Shown: piece after piece, positions 46,168 through 55,400 of the stretch
Layout of the letters: each line of letters begins with the position of its first letter
How positions within the stretch are numbered: the stretch's first letter is position 1
Assembly: GCA_963732135.1 (NCBI GenBank)
Contig: CAVSYC010000004.1
Span: 34,484-98,483, forward strand
Reading direction: 5' to 3'
DNA length: 64,000 nucleotides
Source of the DNA: an uncultured Acidobacteriota bacterium
Lineage (GTDB): Bacteria; Acidobacteriota; Terriglobia; Acidiferrales; UBA7541
Program-made: the position numbers and the translations under genes
Notes under the pieces: generated by a model
What the model was told of the DNA's origin: nothing
Seen by the model: only the letters and a program-made list of their open reading frames with translations
The model's database searches: none

Positions 46168-47277
46168 TTACTGGGGAAGGTGGACGGTTTGGCCGGAGGA
46201 GGCGGAGCGGCGGGCGGCGTCGAGGATTTCGGTGACGATTAGGTTGGTTTCGAGGGAAGAAAGGGCGTCGGGTTTGGCTCCATCGAGGAGGACGGCTCGG
46301 AGGTAGGTTAGGGAGTCGTTATAGGGTGCGGGGATGGGCGCGGCGGCGCGGGTGCTGGATTGCGCCTGGTGCGGGAGGCGTATGGCGATGTCGTTGGCGG
46401 CGATTGTGATGACGGAGCCGGTGCGGCCGTAAACTTCCATGTCTTTGCGCGCGTAGGGCCAATTCCAGGAGGCTTGTAGGATGGCTTGGGCTTTGGGGTA
46501 GGTGAGGACGATAGTGGCTTCGTCGTCCACGTGCGGGTAGATGTCGGGCTTGATTTGCTGCGTGACGGCGGTGACCGTTAGGGGGCGCTGGCCGTCCATC
46601 AGCCAGGTCATGAGGTCGGCACCGTAGCAGCCGAAATCGAAGAGGGCGCCTGCGCCATTGAGTTTCGGATCAGTGAGCCATTTGAAAAATTCGGGCTGGA
46701 CGTTGATTTCTTTCGGCCCTTCGTGGCCGTCGTGGACGACGACTTTGCGCACGTCACCGATGGCGCCTGAGCGGACGACTTCATAAGCTTCGTGATTGCT
46801 GGGATACCAGGAAGTTTCATAGTTGACGAGGACCTGAATTTTGCCGGCGCGCGCGGCGCTGGCGATGGCTTGCGCGTCTTCGTAGGAAACGGCGAGCGGT
46901 TTTTCCATCATGACCGGAACGGAATAACGGGCGCAAAGTTCGACGACTTTGCGGTGGTCGTAAGTGGAAGTGTAGACGAGGACAGCCTGGGGCTTGGTGG
47001 AGCGGAGAGTTTCTTCGAGATCGGCGTGATAGAGAGAGGGATCGAGATGGAATTTGCCGGCGTAGCGATCGAAGAGCCCGCGGTCGGGTTCGGCGATGGC
47101 GACGATCTGGATTTCCGGACGGTTGAGTGAATGGGACAAAAAGCCATCGGCGTGGCCGTGAACGAGCCCGGCGACGGCTACGCGGAGAGGGGGCTTGGTG
47201 TCGGCGGCGGGAAGTGCGGCTGCGAAGAAGAGGGCGATTGCGATTGGCGCGCCGTAACGAAGGAAATTTGTTGACAT
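46168..47277 (-). CDS. Gfo/Idh/MocA-family oxidoreductase with predicted signal peptide
   Basis: RVAVAGLVHGH, VMMEKPLA, GAGALFDFGCYG. Confidence 0.88.
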   Translation of the reverse strand: MSTNFLRYGAPIAIALFFAAALPAADTKPPLRVAVAGLVHGHADGFLSHSLNRPEIQIVAIAEPDRGLFDRYAGKFHLDPSLYHADLEETLRSTKPQAVLVYTSTYDHRKVVELCARYSVPVMMEKPLAVSYEDAQAIASAARAGKIQVLVNYETSWYPSNHEAYEVVRSGAIGDVRKVVVHDGHEGPKEINVQPEFFKWLTDPKLNGAGALFDFGCYGADLMTWLMDGQRPLTVTAVTQQIKPDIYPHVDDEATIVLTYPKAQAILQASWNWPYARKDMEVYGRTGSVITIAANDIAIRLPHQAQSSTRAAAPIPAPYNDSLTYLRAVLLDGAKPDALSSLETNLIVTEILDAARRSASSGQTVHLPQ

Positions 47278-47485
47278 GCAGGAGGCTCCGAAAACCAGAG
47301 GATGATAGCACCGGATCGTTGGTTTGGTTGACAGCGCAAAGCGAAAGATAAAGAAAGAGGAAGCGGCACAAGGCCACTGCTACATCAGAACGACGATACC
47401 TTCGGAAAAGCTTAGATTCTGTTGACAGGTGACTTATAGTGAAGGGCAATTTATTAGGTTCGAGGCTTCTACCGGAAGGAAACGG

Positions 47486-48259
47486 ATGTTTGGACTGAGC
47501 CACTTGTTTTATCCGTGGGGACTCTTGTTGCAATTGCTGGCGCTGGTGCACTTTGTGAAGCGGCGGCCGGAGACGTATTGGCTGTGGATTATTCTGATCG
47601 GCGGGCCGATTGGGGCGGGGGCGTATTTGCTGGTGGAAGTGGCGCCGGATGCGCGGCTGCTAGGCGGAGTGTTTCAGGGATTTGGGAGGCGGTCGCGAAT
47701 TCAGAAGCTGGAGATGGAGATACTGGATAATCCGTCGGCGGGGAATTACGAGGAGTTGGGCGAGCTGAACCTGGAAGAGAAGAAATACGCTAAGGCGCGT
47801 GAAGCGTTTGCGAAAGCGATTGAAGCGTACGGGGCGCGCAGGGCGAATGCGTCGGCGAACGACACGCTGCACACGTATTATGGACGAGCGAAGAGCGCGC
47901 TGGGATTAGGCGACTATGCGAGCGCGATTCCGGATTTGGAGCGGGTCGCGTGCGCCGACGTGAAATTCGATTACTATCGCGCGTCGGGATTGCTGGGCGA
48001 CGCTTATGCGCGAACCGGCGAGATGGACAAGGCGGCGCGATGGTTCGCGCCGGCTACGCAATATTCGACGACGCCGGAGACTTTCTATAACTACGCGTGG
48101 TTTTTGAAAGCAGAAGGCAAGCCCGACGAAGCGCGGGAGTGGGTGAATAAGCTGATGAACAAGAAGCGAACGCTGCCGGGATACATGCAGAGGGTGGAAC
48201 GGCCATGGTTCCGCAAAGGGAAGGCGCTGAAGAAAGAACTGGAAGCGAAGAAGAAGTAA
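47486..48259 (+). CDS. Membrane-anchored TPR protein
   Basis: Two N-terminal TM helices (YWLWIILIGGPIGAGAYL) followed by TPR-like repeats. Confidence 0.75.
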   Translation: MFGLSHLFYPWGLLLQLLALVHFVKRRPETYWLWIILIGGPIGAGAYLLVEVAPDARLLGGVFQGFGRRSRIQKLEMEILDNPSAGNYEELGELNLEEKKYAKAREAFAKAIEAYGARRANASANDTLHTYYGRAKSALGLGDYASAIPDLERVACADVKFDYYRASGLLGDAYARTGEMDKAARWFAPATQYSTTPETFYNYAWFLKAEGKPDEAREWVNKLMNKKRTLPGYMQRVERPWFRKGKALKKELEAKKK

Positions 48260-48314
48260 AGAAGCCCAAAAACAGAAGGCTGCAAAAGTACAAAAGTACG
48301 AAAGGACAAACCTA

Positions 48315-49895
48315 ATGGCGGACGAAAATAATAATGGCAACGCGCGGAGGGGGTTTTTGCAAGGAGCTGGCGTGACGGCAATGACGGCGATGGCCGCGCC
48401 GAATTTTGTGAGCGCTGCAGTGGCACGAAATTTGGCAATGATGGGACGCGCAATTCCTGGATTGGGAGCCGCGGACACGGATGCCATACGGGCGGAAATC
48501 GAGAAGCGGCACGAAGAGTCCGTAAAGCGCTTGCAGACGTGGATCAAGCAGCCGTCAATCGCGGCGGAAAATCGCGGAATGAATGAAGGCTGCGAATTGA
48601 TGATGCAGATGTTGCGGGAAGCGGGCTTCCAAAAAGTTCAGAAGATGCGGACTGACGGGCAGCCGGGAATCTTTGCGACGCTGGACGCGGGCGCGCCGAA
48701 GAGCCTGGGACTTTATTTCATGTATGACGTCAAGCAGGCGGACCCGGCGGAATGGAGTTCGCCACCGTTCGAAGCGGCGCTGGTGGAGAAGCCGGGACTT
48801 GGGAAAGTGGTGATGGGGCGCGGCGCGGTGAATCAAAAGGGGCCGGAGGCGACCTTGCTGGCGGCACTGCAGGCGATTCACGGAAGCGGGAAGAAACTGC
48901 CGGTGAACCTGGTGTTTGTGGCGGAAGGCGAAGAGGAAATTGGCTCGCCGCATTTCCCGCAGGTGGTACGGCAGCCGGAAGTGCTGGAAGCACTACGAAA
49001 ATGCGTGGGCGTTTATATGCCGTTCGCATCGCAGGATATGGACGGATCGGTGACGACATTTCTGGGCGCGAAAGGCGTGATCGAATTGGAATTGGTTTCG
49101 AGCGGCGAAAGGTGGGGGCGAGGTCCGCGCAAGGATGTGCACTCGAGCAATAAAGCGCGGCTGGACAGTCCGGCGTGGCATTTGGTTGAGGCATTGACGA
49201 CATTGGTCACGCCAGACGGGAATGAGCCCGCGATTGAGGGGTACACGGCGAAGGCGCTGCCGTTAAACGCGGAAGACAAGCGCATGATTGCAGTGGCGGC
49301 GAAACGTTTGGATGAAAACACCGCGAAAAAGGGAATGGGCGTCCAGCACTGGGTGCGCGATGTGAGTTGGGAAGAGGCCCTGGAGCTGCTGGTATCAAAG
49401 CCGACGATCAATATCGAGGGCTTAGTCGGCGGGTACACTGGTCCCGGCGGCAAAACAATCTTGCCGGGGCGCGCGGTGGCAAAACTCGATTTGCGGCTGG
49501 TGCCGGACATGACAGCGAAAGAATCATTGCAATTATTGAAGACGCACCTTGCGAAAAAAGGATTCGGAGACATCGAAGTGAACATGACTGGCGGCTACGA
49601 TCCGACGAGCACGCCTCCGGATGCGAAGATCGTTCGCGTGGAGGAAGCCGTCTATAAATCGCACGGGATTGATCCGGTCGTGATGCCGAGGCTGGCAGGT
49701 TCTTGGCCAGGATATGTGTTTACAGGCGAGCCACTGAAGATGGCAGCGAGCCACTTCGGACTTGGTCATGGAAACGGGGCCCACGCTCCGGACGAGTACT
49801 ACCTGATTGAATCGAAAAATCCCAAGATACAGGGAATGGATGGAGCCGCGTTTTCCCACGTGGAGTATTTGTACGAAATTGCGGCGAGTGGGTGA
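48315..49895 (+). CDS. M20/M25/M40-family metallopeptidase with Tat signal
   Basis: ARRGFLQG Tat motif; MYDV, GRGAVNQKG, EGEEEIGS, AHAPDEY. Confidence 0.87.
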   Translation: MADENNNGNARRGFLQGAGVTAMTAMAAPNFVSAAVARNLAMMGRAIPGLGAADTDAIRAEIEKRHEESVKRLQTWIKQPSIAAENRGMNEGCELMMQMLREAGFQKVQKMRTDGQPGIFATLDAGAPKSLGLYFMYDVKQADPAEWSSPPFEAALVEKPGLGKVVMGRGAVNQKGPEATLLAALQAIHGSGKKLPVNLVFVAEGEEEIGSPHFPQVVRQPEVLEALRKCVGVYMPFASQDMDGSVTTFLGAKGVIELELVSSGERWGRGPRKDVHSSNKARLDSPAWHLVEALTTLVTPDGNEPAIEGYTAKALPLNAEDKRMIAVAAKRLDENTAKKGMGVQHWVRDVSWEEALELLVSKPTINIEGLVGGYTGPGGKTILPGRAVAKLDLRLVPDMTAKESLQLLKTHLAKKGFGDIEVNMTGGYDPTSTPPDAKIVRVEEAVYKSHGIDPVVMPRLAGSWPGYVFTGEPLKMAASHFGLGHGNGAHAPDEYYLIESKNPKIQGMDGAAFSHVEYLYEIAASG

Positions 49896-49963
49896 GTCAA
49901 TGAAGGCGACGCTTAATTTTGAGCACGAGACGTCGTCAAGAAGTGCTTCGCCGGGGCGTGGAG

Positions 49964-50485
49964 CTACCAGGATTTTTGTTTGCGAAGTTCAGTGATGTGC
50001 GCGGTATGGTGGCGACCATGCCAGGCGTACAGGAAAAGCAACCAGTCCACTGTGCGCGGGCCGTGTTCAGGATGGACAAAGACACGGCCAAACTGATCGG
50101 CAGTGAGAGAACGCCAGAGTCGAACCCAGCGGTCGTGCAGCGAATCCAGAAGAGCGAGAGAAATTTCGACCGGGGAGGTTTTTGCGTCGGGTAGTTGCGC
50201 CCAGAGATTTTCCTCGTACGGTTTAATGGTGGGCTGCTCTTCGGTCAGAGCAAGCCGATGACGCATATATGCGTTCATGTGGCTATCCGCGACGTGATGC
50301 ACGACCTGGCGAACGGTCCAACCGCCTTCACGATAGGGTGTATCGAGTTGCGTTGGAGAAAGATCGCTGGCGGCGGCACGAAGTCTTGCGGGAGCTTCGG
50401 CTACGATCTCAATCGCCTGCTGGCGCAGTGCCGGGTTAACGTCGAGCGGCTGCTGAAACTTTCCAATCGGGTAACGCGGATCCAT
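49964..50485 (-). CDS. YfiT/BstA-like DinB-family thiol transferase
   Basis: MDPRYPIGKF, LDTPYREGGWTVRQVVHHVADSHMN, YAWHGRHHTAHI. Confidence 0.9.
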   Translation of the reverse strand: MDPRYPIGKFQQPLDVNPALRQQAIEIVAEAPARLRAAASDLSPTQLDTPYREGGWTVRQVVHHVADSHMNAYMRHRLALTEEQPTIKPYEENLWAQLPDAKTSPVEISLALLDSLHDRWVRLWRSLTADQFGRVFVHPEHGPRTVDWLLFLYAWHGRHHTAHITELRKQKSW

Positions 50486-50734
50486 GGGGATAGAGGTCTC
50501 CTGAGGAATTTTAGTCGAATGACGAATGAAGCTTCACGTTATTTGACGGCGGAACACGATGATTGGTGACACTTCATCCGAGAAACCCTGAGCGTAAGAA
50601 AAATCGCAAGCCAAAGTGGACCATTTGGGGTCGGCCGTGATCTCCGAGTAAGATTAACCTCGAATGGTACAATGCCGTTTCGCGTTTGTAACCTGGAGCC
50701 GCTTCGCGAATCCAATGTAGGGAGAAATTAGCGA

Positions 50735-51658
50735 ATGGAGAATGTGGTAATTATCGGAAGCGGATGCGCGGGGCTCACGGCTGCGATTTATGCAGCGCGG
50801 GCGAACTTGAAGCCCTTGGTGCTCGAAGGACACGAGCCCGGCGGACAGCTTTCCTTGACGACGCACGTGGAGAATTTTCCTGGCTTTCCCGAAGGAATTC
50901 TTGGGCCAGAGTTAATCGAAAACATGAAAAGGCAGGCGGCGCGGTTTGGGACGGAGTTCAAAGCCGGCGCGGTCACGGAAGTGGATTTGAGCGAGCGGCC
51001 TTTCAAGATCACCGCGGGCGGGCACACGTATCACACGAAGACGCTGATTGTGGCAGCGGGAGCGTCCGCGCGGCTGCTGGGATTGAAAGGCGAAAAGGAA
51101 TTGATTGGGCGCGGCGTTTCGACTTGCGCGACCTGCGACGGCTACTTTTTTCGCGGAAAGCCGATTGCGGTGGTTGGCGGTGGGGACTCGGCGATGGAAG
51201 AAGCGAATTTTCTTTCCCGCTATGCGAGCAAGGTGTATCTGATTCACCGCCGCAATGATTTTCGCGCATCGAAAATTATGATTGACCGCGCGCGAGCCAA
51301 CGAAAAAGTGGAGTTTGTCACGCCGTACCTGGTGGAAGAAATTCTTTCGCCGCAGGGATTGGTGTGCGGAGTGAAGCTTCGCAATACGGAAGGCAGTGAC
51401 ACGCGCGAGATTGAAGTGGACGGCGTGTTCGTGGCCATCGGACATGATCCGAACAGCACGGTATTCAAGGGCAAGCTGGACATGGATGCGAATGGCTACC
51501 TTATCGCAAAACATGGCGGCGTATCGAATATTCCGGGCGTGTTTATCGCGGGCGACGTGCAAGACCACCGCTACCGGCAGGCGGTGACGGCCGCGGGGTC
51601 GGGCTGCATGGCGGCGATCGATGCGGAAAAGTTCCTGGAAGCACACCATCACGCGTAA
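50735..51658 (+). CDS. trxB: Thioredoxin-disulfide reductase
   Basis: IIGSGCAGLTAAIY, CATCDG active site, VVGGGDSAMEEA, HRR, GDVQD..YRQAVTAAGSG. Confidence 0.97.
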   Translation: MENVVIIGSGCAGLTAAIYAARANLKPLVLEGHEPGGQLSLTTHVENFPGFPEGILGPELIENMKRQAARFGTEFKAGAVTEVDLSERPFKITAGGHTYHTKTLIVAAGASARLLGLKGEKELIGRGVSTCATCDGYFFRGKPIAVVGGGDSAMEEANFLSRYASKVYLIHRRNDFRASKIMIDRARANEKVEFVTPYLVEEILSPQGLVCGVKLRNTEGSDTREIEVDGVFVAIGHDPNSTVFKGKLDMDANGYLIAKHGGVSNIPGVFIAGDVQDHRYRQAVTAAGSGCMAAIDAEKFLEAHHHA

Positions 51659-51697
51659 GCGCTCGTAAAGAATGATACGAGACGGGCATAATACGGG

Positions 51698-51762
51698 TCT
51701 CAGGGTTTCAGGGTTCCTATTACAAACCCTGAGATAAACAAGCTGTACTCGCAAACCCTGAG
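51698..51762. repeat. REP-like element pair, family C
   Basis: GTCTCAGGGTTTCAGGGTTCCTATTACAAACCCTGAGA...GTACTCGCAAACCCTGAG. Confidence 0.65.
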
Positions 51763-51774
51763 CTAAAAGAGGCC

Positions 51775-52683
51775 ATGGTCCGTTCGACGCTTCTCAAATT
51801 ATCCGAAAACAAATCGTTTGCTCGCTGGGTGACATCGAATCAGACGACCCGGAAAATGTCGCACCGCTTCGTGGCCGGCGAAGCGCTCGACGAAGCAATC
51901 GCCGCGGCGCGCGTTTGCAACAACCAGGGGATGCTGGTTAGCCTGGATTATCTTGGCGAGAATGTCGCCACGGCCGCGGATGCGCAGCGCGCGCGCGACG
52001 CCTACCTGCAAGTGTTCGACAGAATTTCCGCGGAAAAGCTAAATGCGAATGTCTCCTGTAAGCTGACGCAGCTGGGCCTGGACATCAGCGCGGAGTTTTG
52101 CGAAGGGCAGTTGCTGTCGATTGTGGAACGGGCGGCTGCGTATGGCGGTTTTCTGCGCGTGGATATGGAAGGGTCACTGTACACGGCGCGGACGATTGAT
52201 GTGGTGAAGCGGGTGCGAACGCAGAATCCCGCAGTAGGCACGGTGATTCAATCGTATCTGTATCGCAGCGAGCAGGACGTGAACGACTTGCTGGCTTATG
52301 GATGCCGGATTCGCCTGTGCAAGGGCGCGTACAAAGAGCCGGCGCAAGTGGCCTTTCCGCGAAAGCAGGACGTGGACGCGAATTACGTGAAGCTGATGCA
52401 GATTTTATTGTCAAGCGGGTTCTATCACGGCATTGCCACGCACGATCCGAAAATGATTGCCGCGACGATCCGGCACGCCGCGAAAGAGAAAATTTCCAAG
52501 GACGATTTTGAGTTTCAGATGCTGTACGGAGTACGCACGGATTTGCAGCGGCAGCTGGTGCGCGACGGTTTCCGGTTGAGGATTTATATCCCTTACGGCC
52601 AGGACTGGTTTCCGTATTTCATGCGGCGCTTGGCGGAGCGCCCGGCGAATTTGGCGTTTTTCGCGCGAAACTTCTTTCGCTAG
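51775..52683 (+). CDS. Monofunctional proline dehydrogenase
   Basis: RFVAGE, LDYLGE, SCKLTQLGL, RVDME, RLCKGAYKE, ATHD, EFQMLYG, RIYIPYG, YFMRRLAERPAN. Confidence 0.94.
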   Translation: MVRSTLLKLSENKSFARWVTSNQTTRKMSHRFVAGEALDEAIAAARVCNNQGMLVSLDYLGENVATAADAQRARDAYLQVFDRISAEKLNANVSCKLTQLGLDISAEFCEGQLLSIVERAAAYGGFLRVDMEGSLYTARTIDVVKRVRTQNPAVGTVIQSYLYRSEQDVNDLLAYGCRIRLCKGAYKEPAQVAFPRKQDVDANYVKLMQILLSSGFYHGIATHDPKMIAATIRHAAKEKISKDDFEFQMLYGVRTDLQRQLVRDGFRLRIYIPYGQDWFPYFMRRLAERPANLAFFARNFFR

Positions 52684-52695
52684 TCCATTTCAATT

Positions 52696-53235
52696 CTATC
52701 GTGGGATGATCATTCCGGGTGGCGGTTCCGGCAACAATTGCAGGAATGCCGGGCTGGCGCTGGAAAAGTATCCGTATTTCCGGTCAATGTGTTTGGCGTG
52801 AAGCAATGAACTGAACATGATAAGGCAGACCAAACCCGCGACCATTGCCAGCGATCCCGCCGCGATTCCCCATCCCATATAAGGTTCCGGCAAGTAAGTT
52901 CCGGCCGCGACCATTTCCGGAATGCAGCCGAGCAGCAATGCTCCCGCCGCGAAGCGGAGTGCTTTGTATTTTTCCAAATGCGCGGAGCACAAAGGGATCT
53001 GCAGCGAAATGCTTCTCCTCATGGCCAGAGCAACGAGGATGTAAATAAGGATAGCGATCAAAATGAAGATGTATATCCATCGAGGATGCCAGGTGAATTT
53101 TTTGGAAAGAGTATTCGGGTCGGCGGGACGTCCGCACCTGATGCAATACGGCGGCAGCACAGCATTGTGCCCAGTGATCAGTAACTTGCCGGATGCCCAG
53201 GCACCTTGCGGCGTCAGCGTCCCGAGTACGCTCAT
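52696..53235 (-). CDS. Hypothetical membrane protein (3 TM, CxxC)
   Basis: LPPYCIRCG, three hydrophobic segments, LPEPPP tail. Confidence 0.7.
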   Translation of the reverse strand: MSVLGTLTPQGAWASGKLLITGHNAVLPPYCIRCGRPADPNTLSKKFTWHPRWIYIFILIAILIYILVALAMRRSISLQIPLCSAHLEKYKALRFAAGALLLGCIPEMVAAGTYLPEPYMGWGIAAGSLAMVAGLVCLIMFSSLLHAKHIDRKYGYFSSASPAFLQLLPEPPPGMIIPR

Positions 53236-53342
53236 GGATTCACCCGCGCCACTATACTGCTCTCTGTATTCGCCGCGCCAGAAAAGAAGTCATCGAACGC
53301 GAAGCAGTTACGAGAGTTGGCGAGCCAAGGCGATAACTCAGT

Positions 53343-54056
53343 TCATAGGGAGGCGCCGGGCTGCAGGGGGTGGATGGTTAGCCCGGGAATGTCTTTGGTT
53401 TCTTTTTGCAAGGCGTCTGGAGTGCCGGTGAGCATCGGAAAGGTCGCGTAGTGCATGGGGATTACGTCTTTTACGTTGAGGAAACGAATGGCCATGGCGG
53501 CCTCGTGCGGCCCCATGGTAAAAAGATCGCCGATCGGCAGCAGAGCGATTTGCGGTTGATAGAGTTCGGCGATGAGTTTCATGTCGCCGAAGACGGCCGT
53601 GTCTCCGGCGTGGTACAGCGTAACGCCGCCAGGCAGGCGTATGACATATCCGGACGGCTCTCCGGCGTACAAACGAGTGCCATTCTCGTCGATCGAATTG
53701 GAATGCATCGCGTGAGTCATGGTGACGTAGAAATCGCCAACTTGCTGCGAGCCGCCCTTATTCATGGGAGCGATTTGCTTTTCAAAGCCTTTGCCGGCGA
53801 GCCACAGGCAGGTTTCGAAATTCGCGACCAGCTTGGGATGAAACTCTTTTGCGATGGCCACCAGGTCGCCGAGGTGATCGGAGTGCGCATGAGTCAGAAA
53901 AATTGCGTCGACGCGAGCCAGCTTCTTGAGAGTTTCCGGACAACGAGGATTGGTCATGACCCAAGGGTCGATGAGCGCCACCTGTCCTGAAGGAGTGGTC
54001 ACGGAAAAAGTGCTGTGGCCGAAATAGGTGATGCGGTTGCCTTTCAAGTCGAGCAT
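53343..54056 (-). CDS. Metallo-beta-lactamase-fold hydrolase (UPF0173-like)
   Basis: ITYFGHS, IDPW, THAHSDH, HAMHS, YHAGDT, PIGD.FTMG, IPMHY. Confidence 0.92.
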   Translation of the reverse strand: MLDLKGNRITYFGHSTFSVTTPSGQVALIDPWVMTNPRCPETLKKLARVDAIFLTHAHSDHLGDLVAIAKEFHPKLVANFETCLWLAGKGFEKQIAPMNKGGSQQVGDFYVTMTHAMHSNSIDENGTRLYAGEPSGYVIRLPGGVTLYHAGDTAVFGDMKLIAELYQPQIALLPIGDLFTMGPHEAAMAIRFLNVKDVIPMHYATFPMLTGTPDALQKETKDIPGLTIHPLQPGASL

Positions 54057-54287
54057 CAGAATGCCCTTTCAAATTGGAGCTACCTGAAAAGGCTAAAACG
54101 AATGCGCACTTCGAACAATACCCATAAGCGATTAAGAGAGAGCAGCGTGCATTTTGCGGAGAGTTGAGAAACGAAAGGCTGGCGGGTACACTTAATTAGA
54201 AAGCTTTTGGGCCACCCCGAGAGCGCGAGAATTTGCCGCACCGTGACGCAAGTTGGCGGCGACGGATTGAATCAAAGGAGAAGCTGA

Positions 54288-54551
54288 ATGGCTTATGTGA
54301 TAGCCGAGCCGTGTATCGGCACCAAGGACACTGCCTGCGTGGATGTGTGCCCGGTGGATTGCATCCACCCACGTAAAGACGAACCGGAACATGAGGGCGT
54401 GACGCAGCTGTATATCAATCCGGTCGAGTGCATTGATTGCGGCGCGTGCGTGCCCGTCTGTCCGGTGACAGCGATTTTTGCCCTGGAAGATTTGCCGGAG
54501 AAGTGGCAATCGTTCACGGCGTTGAACTCGGATTGGTACGCAAAGAAGTAA
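54288..54551 (+). CDS. fdxA: Ferredoxin (7Fe FdxA-type)
   Basis: MAYVIAEPCIGTKDTACVDVCPVDCIH and CIDCGACVPVCP. Confidence 0.93.
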   Translation: MAYVIAEPCIGTKDTACVDVCPVDCIHPRKDEPEHEGVTQLYINPVECIDCGACVPVCPVTAIFALEDLPEKWQSFTALNSDWYAKK

Positions 54552-54575
54552 GCTGACGGATCGAATGGAAGAACG

Positions 54576-54605
54576 AAAACGGCACGCGAGAGCGCGCCGT
54601 TTTTT
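54576..54605 (+). terminator. Rho-independent terminator of fdxA (group IIC intron target hairpin)
   Basis: AAAACGGCACGC-GAGA-GCGCGCCGTTTTTT. Confidence 0.85.
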
Positions 54606-54609
54606 ATTG

Positions 54610-55234
54610 GTACGCCGCGCATGCTCGACAGCTTGGAGGTGCAAGTCCTCTTCACAACCTGATAGAGGTGAAGTGATAGCGAAGCGCAAGGGCGTCGCTG
54701 CGAGGCGGGGTCTGAAGGAAGCGTGGAGCAAAAACGCGAGCCAATGTACAAGAACCGAATCTGAGGCGTGAGTGTCGGGCGAGCGGGCCAATGATCGCGA
54801 AGCCCATATCTATCAAGGACGCAAAGCGTAAATTCGGTGGTTGTGCGTGGAAAGCAGTCGAGCTTATCGCGGGAGATCTGTTGCATGTCTCGGATTCGGG
54901 ACTGAGCGTGGAGTAATTCACGCTGATCCTGCAGCAGAAGTCAGCAGCGGGCGTAGTACTCACGCGAGTGAGGAAGGCCCAAACAGTAAGAGTGAATAGT
55001 AGAACGTCGAACTCACGGGTGGCACTGCGCCAGCCAATCAGCTCCGGCTGAGCTTTACAGGTTCAGAAGACGGTGAAGCCGAAACGGAAACCTGCAGAGC
55101 GGCGAAGCCCTTGTGGCGGACGACGACTCGAACCTCCGGCCCGCAAGGGCTCAACTTGCTGAACCGCCGTATGCGGACCCGCCTGTACGGTGGTGTGGGA
55201 GGGGCGAGCAGGTGACTGCTCCCCCTATCCCGAT
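54610..55234 (+). mobile_element. ORF-less class IIC group II intron (625 nt)
   Basis: 5' GTACGCCGCGCATG; DI landmarks GAGGTGCAAGTCCTC, CGCAAGGG...TCTGAAGGAAGCG, GTAAAT, GGAAAG...CTTA..GGGAGATCTG; DIII CAGAAGTCAGCAG...GTAGTAC...GGAAGG...AAC; DV GAACCGCCGTATGCGGACCCGCCTGTACGGTGGT (55161-55194); DVI ending CCCCCTATCCCGAT with a bulged A. DIV is only about 176 nt. Inserted just after a terminator. Confidence 0.92.
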
Positions 55235-55280
55235 GTGCGCCCGGCAGGGGCGGACGGGTGACCGTCCCCCCTATGTCGAT
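55235..55280 (+). mobile_element. 46-nt group II intron remnant (5' end fused to DVI and 3' end)
   Basis: GTGCGCCCGGCA + GGGGCGGACGG-GTGA-CCGTCCCCCCTATGTCGAT. Confidence 0.8.
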
Positions 55281-55400
55281 TTTGGTAAGGTCGCAGGCAT
55301 CGCTGGGTGGACGACCGCCAACCCTCCTTCGGACTTTGACATCTATGGAATTGCCGAGCTGGCTTGGGAGTAGTTAGGGAACGCTCGGGAGGAATAGCAC

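Noticed and set aside
48315-54551. A unified thiol/redox system (M20, bstA-like, trxB, ProDH, hydrolase, fdxA)
   Set aside because: Mixed orientations and common housekeeping genes; nothing in the sequence supports co-regulation.
55113-55373. 86-aa ORF as an intron-encoded protein
   Set aside because: It reads through DV, DVI and the remnant, and has no RT or maturase motifs.
55281-55373. Peptide FGKVAGIAGWTTANPPSDFDIYGIAELAWE* as a possible gene remnant interrupted by the intron
   Set aside because: Too short to assign, there is no matching 5' half upstream, and the intron sits after a terminator as expected for class IIC.
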